Origin: an uncultured Gemmatimonadales bacterium
GTDB taxonomy: Bacteria > Gemmatimonadota > Gemmatimonadetes > Gemmatimonadales > Gemmatimonadaceae
DNA length: 64,000 nt
Direction: 5' to 3'
NCBI GenBank assembly: GCA_963793305.1
Contig: CAWBZV010000003.1
Span: forward strand, 448,001 to 512,000
Translations under genes and position numbers: made by a program
The notes under the pieces: model-generated
What the model was told of the DNA's origin: nothing
What the model saw: only the letters and a program-made list of their open reading frames with translations
The model's database searches: none
Shown: one piece after another, positions 21,431 to 30,577 of the stretch
How positions within the stretch are numbered: position 1 is the first letter of the stretch
Layout: every line of letters begins with the position of its first letter

Positions 21431-22455
21431 GAATCCAGTCAGTGCTGAACTCAGCGTACACGTTCGCCCATTTCGTGATCGGCAAGTCGAACGACCTGGC
21501 CGCAGCCAGCGCTACGGCTGTGGCCGCACGCCCGGGCCGGACGTACAACCCGCTGTTTATCTATGGCGAGACCGGCCTCGGCAAGACGCACCTCATGCAG
21601 GCGGTCGCGCACGAGGTACTGGGCCGGCATCCGGAGACGCGGCTCGTGTACGTCTCGGCTGAGCAGTTCACGAACGACCTGGTGAGCTCGATGCAGCAGG
21701 CGGATTTGTCACCATTCCGCGCGCGATATCACACTGCTGATCTATTGCTGATCGACGACGTGCACATTCTCGCGGGTCGTCGCGCAGCCCAAGATGCATT
21801 TGCTGAGACGTTCGCCGTTCTGCACAACGGCGGTCGACAGATCATGATGACGAGCGACCGCGCGCCGCAGTCGTCGGGCCTCGACAGCGAGCTCGTAGGC
21901 CGTTTTCGAGGGGGAAAAATCGCCGACGTCTCTCGCCCGGAACGTTCGAGCATCGTCACGCGATCCTGCGCGAGAAAATCAAATTCGACACGCGTGGCCC
22001 GGCGGTTCCCGACGATGTGATCGCGTTCATCGCCGATCAAGTCACGCAGAACGTGCGCGCGATGGAGGGCGCGCTGACGCGTCTCATTGCCTACGCCGCC
22101 CTCAAATCGCGTCCCGTGAGTCTCGATCTCGCGCGTGAAGCCCTGCCCTTGAAGGCAGCCGCCACGCCGAGCGCCGACGCGGAATTGGTGGCTCGCCGGG
22201 TCGCGGCTGAGTGGGGTGTTACACCCGAGGCGCTGGCCTCGAAGCGCCGGACGAAAGAGATCGTCGAGCCCCGCCAGGTCGCCATGCACCTCTGTCGTGA
22301 GATTCTCGGCATGACGCTATCCGACATTCGGGGCCGTATTCGGCGGACGCGACCACTCGACCGTGATTCACGGGCTCGAGAGGGTGCACGCGGAAATGGG
22401 GTTCAACCCGGCATTTTCTGCCCGTGTTCGGCGTCTCGAAGAGGGGCTCCGGTAG
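21424..22455 (+). CDS. DnaA-like protein, domains III+IV only (frameshifts near 21945 and 22330)
   Basis: LNSAYTFAHFVIGKSN, YNPLFIYGETGLGKTHL, LLIDD, NVRAMEGAL, PRQVAM, shifted frame GGRDHSTVIH; in-frame stop at 21340 leaves no room for domains I-II. Confidence 0.88.
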
Positions 22456-22573
22456 CGGGAACATACGTCTCCGCAAGTGCCCTCGGATGTCGTGCGTGTG
22501 ACCAATCGGCCGTGCTCAACGTGACACAAGACCGCCCTTTGTTACGATTGTGGCATCCCCAACCTGCCTGTCG

Positions 22574-22669
22574 ATATCCACATACCGGTCACAGCGCTAA
22601 TCACGGTTGTGATGTGAGTTAGGCCATACGCCAAATGTTCTCCACAACTGGTTATCCACGTTATCTACA
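22574..22669 (+). promoter_or_regulatory. Cluster of co-oriented DnaA-box-like 9-mers
   Basis: ATATCCACA 22574, TTCTCCACA 22638, TTATCCACG 22652, TTATCTACA 22661, each one mismatch from TTATCCACA, in a relatively AT-rich spacer. Confidence 0.65.
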
Positions 22670-22785
22670 TGCGGCTCAATGACTTAGACTGTCACGGGCC
22701 GTTGCGTTCGTGGCCTGGACATTGTATACCTCTCGCACTCGCGCAACGTGCGCGAAATGACACACCGGGACGAGGGGTACTGGGG

Positions 22786-23148
22786 ATGAATCTTGTTGCG
22801 TGCGACGCGCCGGTCGGGGTGCTCGATGAAGCCCCTCAGACGGCACTGCGACAGGACACGTCGACCGAGCATTGGGATGGTTTTTGGGCCGACGACGACC
22901 GGTACTACGCGCGTTGCACGACAGCGGCTGGGGTGGCTTGGTATCGGATGGACGACGGGATTGAGGTTGGACCCGTAGCCACAGTACTGCCGAGGCCGCT
23001 CACCTCGAATAACGTACCCCGAGTAGATATTCGCCGGCCGATCGTGTTCCGCGTCGGCCAGGGCTGCATCGTCGGGTTTCGGCATGCAGTGAAGCGACCG
23101 GCTCTGACATTAGCGAGCCGAGCGCGATCGTCTGACATCTCGGCGTAA
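22786..23148 (+). CDS. Hypothetical protein
   Basis: ATG after purine-rich RBS-like sequence; no recognised motif. Confidence 0.45.
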   Translation: MNLVACDAPVGVLDEAPQTALRQDTSTEHWDGFWADDDRYYARCTTAAGVAWYRMDDGIEVGPVATVLPRPLTSNNVPRVDIRRPIVFRVGQGCIVGFRHAVKRPALTLASRARSSDISA

Positions 23149-23211
23149 CCCGACATGAGTTACGCCGTCGCGTCCGGGGCCGATTGGGCTCCGGTGGAGA
23201 TCTCTTTTTCT

Positions 23212-24141
23212 TTACTGCGCGAGCCCGGGCAGCGCGAGTTGTTCCGTGCGCCGTTGGGCGAGCATGACGGCCGCGCCGTGCAGCCAGGACAGTGCGACGT
23301 CGACCGTCGCATTGCCCGACGCTGCCGCGCGGGCGACAGTGAAGTGCAGGTTCAATTGCCGCAGGATGTCGCCGGGCTCGGACCGCGTGAGGTACGTGAT
23401 GAGCGCGGCGGCGGCATTGGCGATGTGGTAGAGCGTGAAGAGTCGGAAGCGGACCGCGGCGGCTTCGTCGGCGCCGAGCGCCGCGAGCAGTGCGGTCTCT
23501 CCGGTCTCGCGCTCCTCGCGAATGGCGCCGAGTCGAGTCACGGCACGGCGGTACGCGGTGGAGCGCGCGGGAGCGAGCAAGTCGATCCACACGTGCGCCA
23601 GTCGATCGGTGAGCACCGTCGCCCAGTCGGCGTCGGGGTCCGCTTTGAGTGGTGCGAGTGGGTCGCCGGCGCGGAGCCAGTCGCCCAGGTCAGCGCGGCG
23701 ATCACCGACCGTGGCGAGCGAGGCGACGTGCAGGAGTCCTATGAGTCCTGCTTCGCCGTGTCCGTGGAGTGGCAACACCCGGTGGAGCTGGAACGCTCGG
23801 GCCGCGACCGCAACAAGCGCGGGACGGAGCGTCTCGGCATTCGGCGGACTGGAGAGCGGCGTGCCGTTGCCGCTGAACGCGCGCACGTACGGATCGAGCC
23901 AGTCGAGCGCGGCGACATCGTACGCGGTAGCGAGGACGCTGACCGCGGGGATGTCTTCATCGTTCGGATTGGCGGGGCCGTGCTTCGCGGACCAGAGACG
24001 CTGAGCAGCCGCGAGCGCGCGAGCGCGTTCGTGGGCATCTATGGCGGTAACCGCCCAATGCCCATCGAGTGCGCTGACAACGCCCGGCGGACCGGGATTG
24101 CCGTGCGGCGTCTCGGCCTTGGTCGGCGAAATCGGCGTCAT
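23212..24141 (-). CDS. Hypothetical helical protein
   Basis: 309-aa Ala/Leu-rich ORF with GGAG RBS; ends in EQLALPGL. Confidence 0.7.
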   Translation of the reverse strand: MTPISPTKAETPHGNPGPPGVVSALDGHWAVTAIDAHERARALAAAQRLWSAKHGPANPNDEDIPAVSVLATAYDVAALDWLDPYVRAFSGNGTPLSSPPNAETLRPALVAVAARAFQLHRVLPLHGHGEAGLIGLLHVASLATVGDRRADLGDWLRAGDPLAPLKADPDADWATVLTDRLAHVWIDLLAPARSTAYRRAVTRLGAIREERETGETALLAALGADEAAAVRFRLFTLYHIANAAAALITYLTRSEPGDILRQLNLHFTVARAAASGNATVDVALSWLHGAAVMLAQRRTEQLALPGLAQ

Positions 24142-24485
24142 TCAATCTCCGCAGCGTGGAGCACAGGCGCCCTGAACCACCGTGTATCACAATACTGCGT
24201 GTGCAACAAACGCGAAAGGAGCGGTCGTGTATAAGGTTACAGCCATTGGTCACGGCTCAGTAGCGAATTTCGCGGATCCCCGTACCTTTGCCGGTCGTTC
24301 GGATCCAAAATGGATCCGCCCGACCAGCGAGCTTGACCGGCTGAGGCCGGTCAAGGTTCCGCTCCCATTTTCCGATGGGATTTGAGCCCCAAACCGGCGC
24401 GGCGCGCCGTCTTCACTTGCTGTGCTCAACGTCCCGAGACACAGATCTCCGTTTCATCCTCAGCGCACTCCTCGAGGACGTACCT

Positions 24486-24839
24486 ATGCCATCTTTCCCG
24501 CGCGAGCTGCTTCTGCCGTCTCAAGAGGCGGAGGGCCCGTGCGACCTGACTAGTAGTCTTACCCCATCCGCTGGCGGACTCGGCGGTGACATTACCTCGT
24601 TGGCCGGTGGTCTCACCGACAGCGAGTCTGCTGGCGCCTTGTTGGCGTTATCCGAGCACGCGACCGTGCTCAGGTTGATCTGGGAAGCGCATGCCCGCGG
24701 CGCGATTGCGTTGCCGCCGACCTTGGCTCGTCGAGTGGTGCAAGCTCGGCGGTCTATCCCGAAATACCTGAGCGTGAGCTCGGCGGGAGCGTTCGCGCAG
24801 GTCGCGCACACGCCCACTGCGCAGCGCGACGCTATATAG
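24486..24839 (+). CDS. Hypothetical protein
   Basis: GAGGA RBS, ATG, followed by a strong terminator. Confidence 0.6.
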   Translation: MPSFPRELLLPSQEAEGPCDLTSSLTPSAGGLGGDITSLAGGLTDSESAGALLALSEHATVLRLIWEAHARGAIALPPTLARRVVQARRSIPKYLSVSSAGAFAQVAHTPTAQRDAI

Positions 24840-24859
24840 TCGTAGCTCCCAAAGACTCG

Positions 24860-24890
24860 GCGCCCCGTCTACAGCGGGGCGCTTTTTTTT
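24860..24890 (+). terminator. Rho-independent terminator
   Basis: GCGCCCCG-TCTACAG-CGGGGCGC-TTTTTTTT. Confidence 0.9.
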
Positions 24891-24966
24891 GTTGCGTCGT
24901 GAGAATTCACACGTATACTGTGACGGATGCGTTACACGACGTGACCTGAATGTGACTGGGGGCGGT

Positions 24967-25476
24967 ATGAGAGCGAGCGCGAGCGTGGTAGCGGGGGTCT
25001 TTTCCCTATGTAGCCTCGGCCTGGGCTGCGCTGGGCACCATGCGCCACCTGGCGGCTCTGTCGACGCTGCCTTCGCCGTGGTCGAGATTCGCCCTCAGCC
25101 GAGACAGACCCTGAAAGACCAGATCATCCAGGAAGCATCGGTGGCCGAGTCTCATGGGCTGACGCCTTTCCTCGAGCTCACGTCCGAGTTCAGTCGGCGG
25201 TGCTTCCTCGTCGATCACAGCTTCGACGATACCCGGATGCGGCAAGCGCTCACCGGGACATACATCATCAGGATCGATATCGATCGCTGGGTTGGGCGCT
25301 TCGGAGAGACCGGGCTCGACCGGTTGCCGATGGCTTTGCCGGGCTTCGTCCAGCTCTTCGAGGGTGGGCGCGGCATGGGCCCGTACATCGACGCCCGCTC
25401 CTGGATCGCCGACGCTCCCTCGGCTGTCGCCCCTTCGCTCGGCGCCTTCGTCCACTCCTTCGTGGCCGCTAACTAG
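24967..25476 (+). CDS. Putative lipoprotein with degenerate thioredoxin-like fold
   Basis: Lipobox LGLGC; PFLELTSEFSRRC where thioredoxins have WCxxC; IIRIDIDRW; LPGFV. Confidence 0.5.
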   Translation: MRASASVVAGVFSLCSLGLGCAGHHAPPGGSVDAAFAVVEIRPQPRQTLKDQIIQEASVAESHGLTPFLELTSEFSRRCFLVDHSFDDTRMRQALTGTYIIRIDIDRWVGRFGETGLDRLPMALPGFVQLFEGGRGMGPYIDARSWIADAPSAVAPSLGAFVHSFVAAN

Positions 25477-26057
25477 GGCTTCGCGACCTCGGCCAGGTCC
25501 TGTCGAGGAGGCGTGGGCGCGGCGAACTGGCTGGGATAATAGAAGACGAACGCGTGCCGATCGCATTGGATGATCGCGAACGCGTCGCCGCGATCGAGGA
25601 GCTTGCGTGCATCCTCGCGGCTCGGCTGACATGAGTACGCGTCCGCTCCACCCGCATAGCACTGATCGGTGCGATCGCTATAGCACGTCGCGGGCGGGTG
25701 CGTATGCACCTCTGGCACGCCCGCCGGGCAGGCGAAGGTCGCGCCGTTCGGCGTCGCCTCGCTCGTCTCGACAGGCTTGATCTCGAGCACCCGGAAGACC
25801 GTGTCGGCATCGCGTCCGTCGGGCTTCTGCACGGCGGCCGAGTCGTTGGACGCATGGACGCGCGCATTGCGCGAGGTCGCCGTCCACCACTGGGTGACGC
25901 AGTACGCGCGCTCGACCTGCGCCGGATTGTCCGTCCACTCCGCGGCGAGCGCATTGCGCGCGGCGTCCATGACGACGCCATACCGCATAATCTGAGCGCT
26001 GGCCGGCGAGGTCACACTGACGGCGAGCAACACGCCGAGGAGGACCGCATAGCGCAT
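25473..26057 (-). CDS. Exported Cys-rich protein with JAB/MPN-like motif
   Basis: Signal peptide (..ASA-Q); E(RAYC)...VHTHP...PSRED. Confidence 0.6.
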   Translation of the reverse strand: MRYAVLLGVLLAVSVTSPASAQIMRYGVVMDAARNALAAEWTDNPAQVERAYCVTQWWTATSRNARVHASNDSAAVQKPDGRDADTVFRVLEIKPVETSEATPNGATFACPAGVPEVHTHPPATCYSDRTDQCYAGGADAYSCQPSREDARKLLDRGDAFAIIQCDRHAFVFYYPSQFAAPTPPRQDLAEVAKP

Positions 26058-26244
26058 GCGGTCGATCGCCTCTCGGATTCCGTGTGCCGCGCCAGTGACT
26101 CGCATTGCTGGACTCGCTCCTCTCGCATTACTTGGTCGACGAGGTCTTTTCCTCTTGCGTCACGCCTCGTGTGCGACCACCCGTTGACTTGCACTGTGCT
26201 CATCGCATTGTCACTATCACATCATCGACTCACTTACTCATCTA

Positions 26245-26655
26245 ATGCGCGCGTCTCGTGATCTCGCTCACCTTCTCGCCGTGATGCGCCCGGAACTCGA
26301 CCCGCGCGAATTTGTTTTTGCGACGGGGTCCTTGGACACCCTCGCCGAGCTCTCCCGATCTGGCACGGCGCTTGTCGCGACGTTCGTCGAATCCGAGGGC
26401 GTGAGCCTGATCCTCGAGCGCACGGCCGCTCTCCGCGCCGGCCTGGCGTACATATACCCGTGCCGCCTCATCACGCTGACGGTCCATTCGTCGCTCGACG
26501 CGATCGGATTTGTGGCGGCCGTCACATCTGCGTTGGCCACGGCCGGCATCAGCGTCAATCCCGTCTCGGCGTATCACCACGACCACCTGCTGGTCGCCGC
26601 CGATCGCGCGGACGACGCGATGGCGGTGCTGGAGAGACTCAGCATTTCACTGTAG
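26245..26655 (+). CDS. ACT domain protein (DUF2241-like)
   Basis: MRPEL...FVF, ESEGVSLI, ITLTVHSSLDAIGF, NPVSAYHHDHL. Confidence 0.85.
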   Translation: MRASRDLAHLLAVMRPELDPREFVFATGSLDTLAELSRSGTALVATFVESEGVSLILERTAALRAGLAYIYPCRLITLTVHSSLDAIGFVAAVTSALATAGISVNPVSAYHHDHLLVAADRADDAMAVLERLSISL

Positions 26656-26688
26656 ATTGTTGCCCGTTTCTCTCGGGCGATCGATGCG
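26656..26688 (+). repeat. 33-nt leader repeat, copy 1 (hairpin before TPR gene 1)
   Basis: ATTGTTGCCCGTTTCTCTCGGGCGATCGATGCG; 32/33 identical to 27847-27879. Confidence 0.85.
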
Positions 26689-27790
26689 ATTGTTGCTGGT
26701 CCTATTCGCGGTCGCGAGCGTGGCGCAGGCGCAGGCTCCGGCGCCACTCGCCGTGTTGGACCCGATGCTCGATCTGTCGGCCGTTCCTTCGCGACCGCCG
26801 CTCGCCGCGCTCGCGACCCTCGACTCGAACGACGCCCACCAGTACTACGACGTGGGGATGGCATCGGTCGACACCAACCCATCCCTCGCGGCGGCGGCAT
26901 TTTTCTGGGCCAGTCGCCTCGATCCTTCGTGGGCCGAGCCCTACTTCGCCCGCTGGTACATGCTGCGGCGTGCGGCGCCGCGGTCGATCAGTGACTCTGT
27001 GCGGAACCTCGTCGATTCGCTGCGCGATGTGGCGCTCATGCGCGATCCGTTCGTCGACGAGCAAATCAGCTTGCAGGGGCGTTCGGACCGCCGCATTTCC
27101 AATTGGTACTTCGCATTCTCCGGACGGCGGTACGACCTCGCGTCGCAGGAGCTGGCGAAGTTGATCCCCAGGTATCCCAACGTGCTGGATGTGTACGTCT
27201 ATCGCGCCAAGGCCACGTACTACCTCCACCAGTATGACACCGCGGCCGCGATTCTCCAGTCGGCGATCGATCGGATCACGTTGTGGGATACGACGCGACT
27301 CCAGCGCCGCTATCTCGCCCGGACGATCTTCACCTACGCCATGGGCTTGGCCTACCAGCAGGGACACCGGGATTCGGCGGCGCGATCGGCGTTTCAGCTC
27401 ACGCTCACCGAGAACCTCGGGTTCTACATGGCACACGTGCACCTGGCGAGCGAGGCGCTCAGTGCGGGCGATACGGCGACGGCGATCGCCGAAGCGCAGC
27501 TTGCCGCCGAGATTCGGCCGGACGATCCAGTCGTGCAGCTGTTCTTGGGTCGGACGCTGCTCTCCGCGCATCGCCCGGACGAAGCCATCGAGCATTTGCG
27601 CGCGGCCACGGTCGCCGACCCCTACTTCGCGTTGCCGTATTATTACATCGGACAGGCGAGCGAGCTCGCGCACGACACGTCGGCCTCGCTCACGGCCTAT
27701 CGCGCTTTTCTCGCGCACGCCAGTCGTGCGGACAATTTGCGCACGAGCGCCGAGCAAGCGGTTCGGGCGCTGGGCGGAGGCGCCAAGTAA
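26684..27790 (+). CDS. Exported TPR protein, paralog 1
   Basis: Signal peptide; DSNDAHQYY, FWASRLDPSWAEPYFARW, ENLGFYMAH, DPYFALPYY. Confidence 0.8.
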   Translation: MRLLLVLFAVASVAQAQAPAPLAVLDPMLDLSAVPSRPPLAALATLDSNDAHQYYDVGMASVDTNPSLAAAAFFWASRLDPSWAEPYFARWYMLRRAAPRSISDSVRNLVDSLRDVALMRDPFVDEQISLQGRSDRRISNWYFAFSGRRYDLASQELAKLIPRYPNVLDVYVYRAKATYYLHQYDTAAAILQSAIDRITLWDTTRLQRRYLARTIFTYAMGLAYQQGHRDSAARSAFQLTLTENLGFYMAHVHLASEALSAGDTATAIAEAQLAAEIRPDDPVVQLFLGRTLLSAHRPDEAIEHLRAATVADPYFALPYYYIGQASELAHDTSASLTAYRAFLAHASRADNLRTSAEQAVRALGGGAK

Positions 27791-27846
27791 GCGAGTGATA
27801 TCGACGTAATCAATCCTTAACGAACGCGACACGGCGGTCGCGCTAC

Positions 27847-27879
27847 ATTGTTGCCCGTTTCTATCGGGCGATCGATGCG
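27847..27879 (+). repeat. 33-nt leader repeat, copy 2 (before TPR gene 2)
   Basis: ATTGTTGCCCGTTTCTATCGGGCGATCGATGCG. Confidence 0.85.
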
Positions 27880-29167
27880 GATCCTCGTCGTCGTATGCTC
27901 AATCGCGATCCTCGCGTGCAGTAGTGGCGCTCCTCCAGCCAAGCCTCCTGTGCCGGCTGGCCCTCTTCCATCGATGTACGATCTCACCCGTGCGCCTGAC
28001 CGCCCGCCCGTGGTATTCCGCGGTGCGCTGCAGAACAGAGTCGTGGAAGCCGATTCCGCCGGCCAGCAGGTGCTGCATCTCGAGCCCGGAGTGCCGGACA
28101 CGAACGACGCGAACACCTACTACCGCGCTGGCCTTGTCGCGATCTGGGCGAACCCGTCGGGCGCATCCGCGTCGTTCTACTGGGCGAGCCAACTCAATCC
28201 TGGTTGGGCCGACCCCTACTTCGCTCGCTGGTACACGCTTGCGAGGACCGGCCGACGCCTGCCGGATTCTGTGCAACAACGCGTCGACTCGCTCGTCTTG
28301 ACGGCGATGATTCACGACCCGTTCTTCGACGAACGGCTCACGATGGGCGATTTTGCGGGACAGGTTCACTCACATTTAGCCCTGGCTCAAAAGCAGGTCA
28401 ACGCCGCGGTCAGCCAAGAGAACCAACGGCGCCGCCAGAACGGCGAGCCGATGCTCGCCGCCTCGCGCCTCGTGCTCCCGCATACGTGGTATCTGGCATT
28501 CGCGGATCGCCATTTCGACAGTGCGTCGCATGATCTTGCGCGGGAGATCGCGAAGCACCCCGACGCATTGGAGCTCTACGTCTATCGCTCGAAGGCGCAG
28601 TACTACTTGCGGCAGTACGATAGCGCGGCGTCGACGCTGGCAGCCGCGATCCGCCGCGTCGACTTGAAAGACACGACCAAGCTCCTCCCCGTCTATTTCT
28701 CGCGCGAGATGTTCTACTATGCATCCGGCATCGCGTTGATGAACGCGAAACACGACTCGGCAGCGCGCTTCGCTTTCGAGAACGCCGTCACGGAGAATCT
28801 CGGCTTCTACATGGCCCACTTGCACCTGGCGAGCCGCGCCATCGCGCGACGCGACACTGCGACGGCGATCAACGAGGCACGGATCGCCGCGCAAATTCGC
28901 CCGACCGATCCGCTGGTGCAGTTCCTCTTCGGCTACTCGCTGCTCGACGCCGGGCATCCGGCGGATGCGATCGACGCACTGCGCGCGGCGGTCGCGGACG
29001 ATCCCTACTTCGCCTTGCCCTACTTTTACCTGGCGCAGGCGAGCGAAGCGGTACACGACACCGTCGGATCGCGTGAGAGCTATCGCGGATTCCTCGCACA
29101 CGCCACCCTGGCCGACACCTTGCGCAAGACCGCCGCGCGTGCAATTTCGCGCCTGGGCGGAACGTAA
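27875..29167 (+). CDS. TPR lipoprotein, paralog 2
   Basis: Lipobox ILAC; same motifs as paralog 1. Confidence 0.8.
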   Translation: MRILVVVCSIAILACSSGAPPAKPPVPAGPLPSMYDLTRAPDRPPVVFRGALQNRVVEADSAGQQVLHLEPGVPDTNDANTYYRAGLVAIWANPSGASASFYWASQLNPGWADPYFARWYTLARTGRRLPDSVQQRVDSLVLTAMIHDPFFDERLTMGDFAGQVHSHLALAQKQVNAAVSQENQRRRQNGEPMLAASRLVLPHTWYLAFADRHFDSASHDLAREIAKHPDALELYVYRSKAQYYLRQYDSAASTLAAAIRRVDLKDTTKLLPVYFSREMFYYASGIALMNAKHDSAARFAFENAVTENLGFYMAHLHLASRAIARRDTATAINEARIAAQIRPTDPLVQFLFGYSLLDAGHPADAIDALRAAVADDPYFALPYFYLAQASEAVHDTVGSRESYRGFLAHATLADTLRKTAARAISRLGGT

Positions 29168-29185
29168 TTCACCGAAGGAGAGCGC

Positions 29186-30577
29186 ATGCGACCGATGGCT
29201 GTTGGCCTGCTGTGTCTCGCAATAGGATGCGGCACCGTTGCCCGTGCGCAGAAGACGCCGCCGGCGCCGGTCAAGCTTCCCGACATGTACGATCTGTCAC
29301 TCGTGCCCGCGCGGCCGACGGTCGTCACGGGGTCGACGAGCAACGTGATGCCGTTCGTCAAGGATCCGAAGACCGGCAAGTACGTGCGGGCCACGCCGAC
29401 CGCGGCGCCCGTCGATTCGACGCAGCCGGACACGAACGACGCCAGAACGTACTACGATGCCGGCGTCGCGTCGGTGGACGGTAACCCCGTTGGCGCGGCC
29501 GCGGCGTTCTACTGGGCCAGCCGCCTCAATCCGTCATGGGCCGAGCCGTACTTCGGACGTTGGTTCGTGCTGACGCAGGCGGCGGAGCGGACGGCGGTGC
29601 TCAAGAAGGACGACGCGAAGAAGAACAAGGATCTGGTGCTCGTGCCGGACAGCACGTTGAAGCACTTGGACTCGCTCGTAATCCTGGCGGACATCCACGA
29701 TCCGTTCTTCGACGAGAAGCTCGCCCTCGAGGCGGCCAGCGGCAATATGCACGGCTCGATCGCGCTGGCGAATACGCTCCGGAACAAGGCGATCAACGAG
29801 TATAACCGGGAGCAGATGTCGGAAGGCGAGCCGCCGTTCATGGGCTTCTACAACGGGTATAAGCTGGAGCACACGTGGTATACCGCGTACGTCGATCGCC
29901 ATTTCGACAGCGCGTCGGCCGACCTGGCGAAGTTGATCAAGAAGAACCCGGACGCGATCCAGCTCTATACGTATCGCGCGAAGGCCCAGTACTACCTCAA
30001 GCAGTTCGACAGCGCGACGGCCACGTTGAGCGCCGCGATCGCGCAGATCGAGAAGCGCGACACGACGAAGCTGCTCCCGGTATACATCTCGCGGGAGATG
30101 CTGACCTACTCGATCGCGATGGCGAACGCCCAAGCGCACCATGACTCGGCCGCGAAGGCGACCTTCCAGCTCGTGGTGACGCAGAACTTGGGCTTCCACA
30201 TGGCGCACCTGCATCTGGCGAGCCAGGCGCTTACCGCGCACGATACGGCGACGGCGATCACCGAAGCGCAGATCGCGGCCCAGATCCGGCCGGACGATCC
30301 CGTGGTGCAGCTCTTCCTCGGTTACGCGCTGATTAACGCGGGGCACATGAACGACGGCATCGACCATCTGCGGCAGGCGACGACGGTCGACCCGTACTAT
30401 TCGCTCCCGTACTACTATTTGGGCCAGGCGCTGGAGCAATCGCGTAATGACACCGCGGCGGTCTCCGCCTACCGCGGGTATCTGGCGCACGCCGCCCGTG
30501 GCGAGGGCCTGCGTCAAAGTGCCCAGGACGCGATCGGCATGCTGACGATGTCAAAGTCTCCGACGGCGACGCACTGA
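29186..30577 (+). CDS. Exported TPR protein, paralog 3
   Basis: Signal peptide; DTNDARTYY, YWASRLNPSWAEPYF, QNLGFHMAH. Confidence 0.8.
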   Translation: MRPMAVGLLCLAIGCGTVARAQKTPPAPVKLPDMYDLSLVPARPTVVTGSTSNVMPFVKDPKTGKYVRATPTAAPVDSTQPDTNDARTYYDAGVASVDGNPVGAAAAFYWASRLNPSWAEPYFGRWFVLTQAAERTAVLKKDDAKKNKDLVLVPDSTLKHLDSLVILADIHDPFFDEKLALEAASGNMHGSIALANTLRNKAINEYNREQMSEGEPPFMGFYNGYKLEHTWYTAYVDRHFDSASADLAKLIKKNPDAIQLYTYRAKAQYYLKQFDSATATLSAAIAQIEKRDTTKLLPVYISREMLTYSIAMANAQAHHDSAAKATFQLVVTQNLGFHMAHLHLASQALTAHDTATAITEAQIAAQIRPDDPVVQLFLGYALINAGHMNDGIDHLRQATTVDPYYSLPYYYLGQALEQSRNDTAAVSAYRGYLAHAARGEGLRQSAQDAIGMLTMSKSPTATH

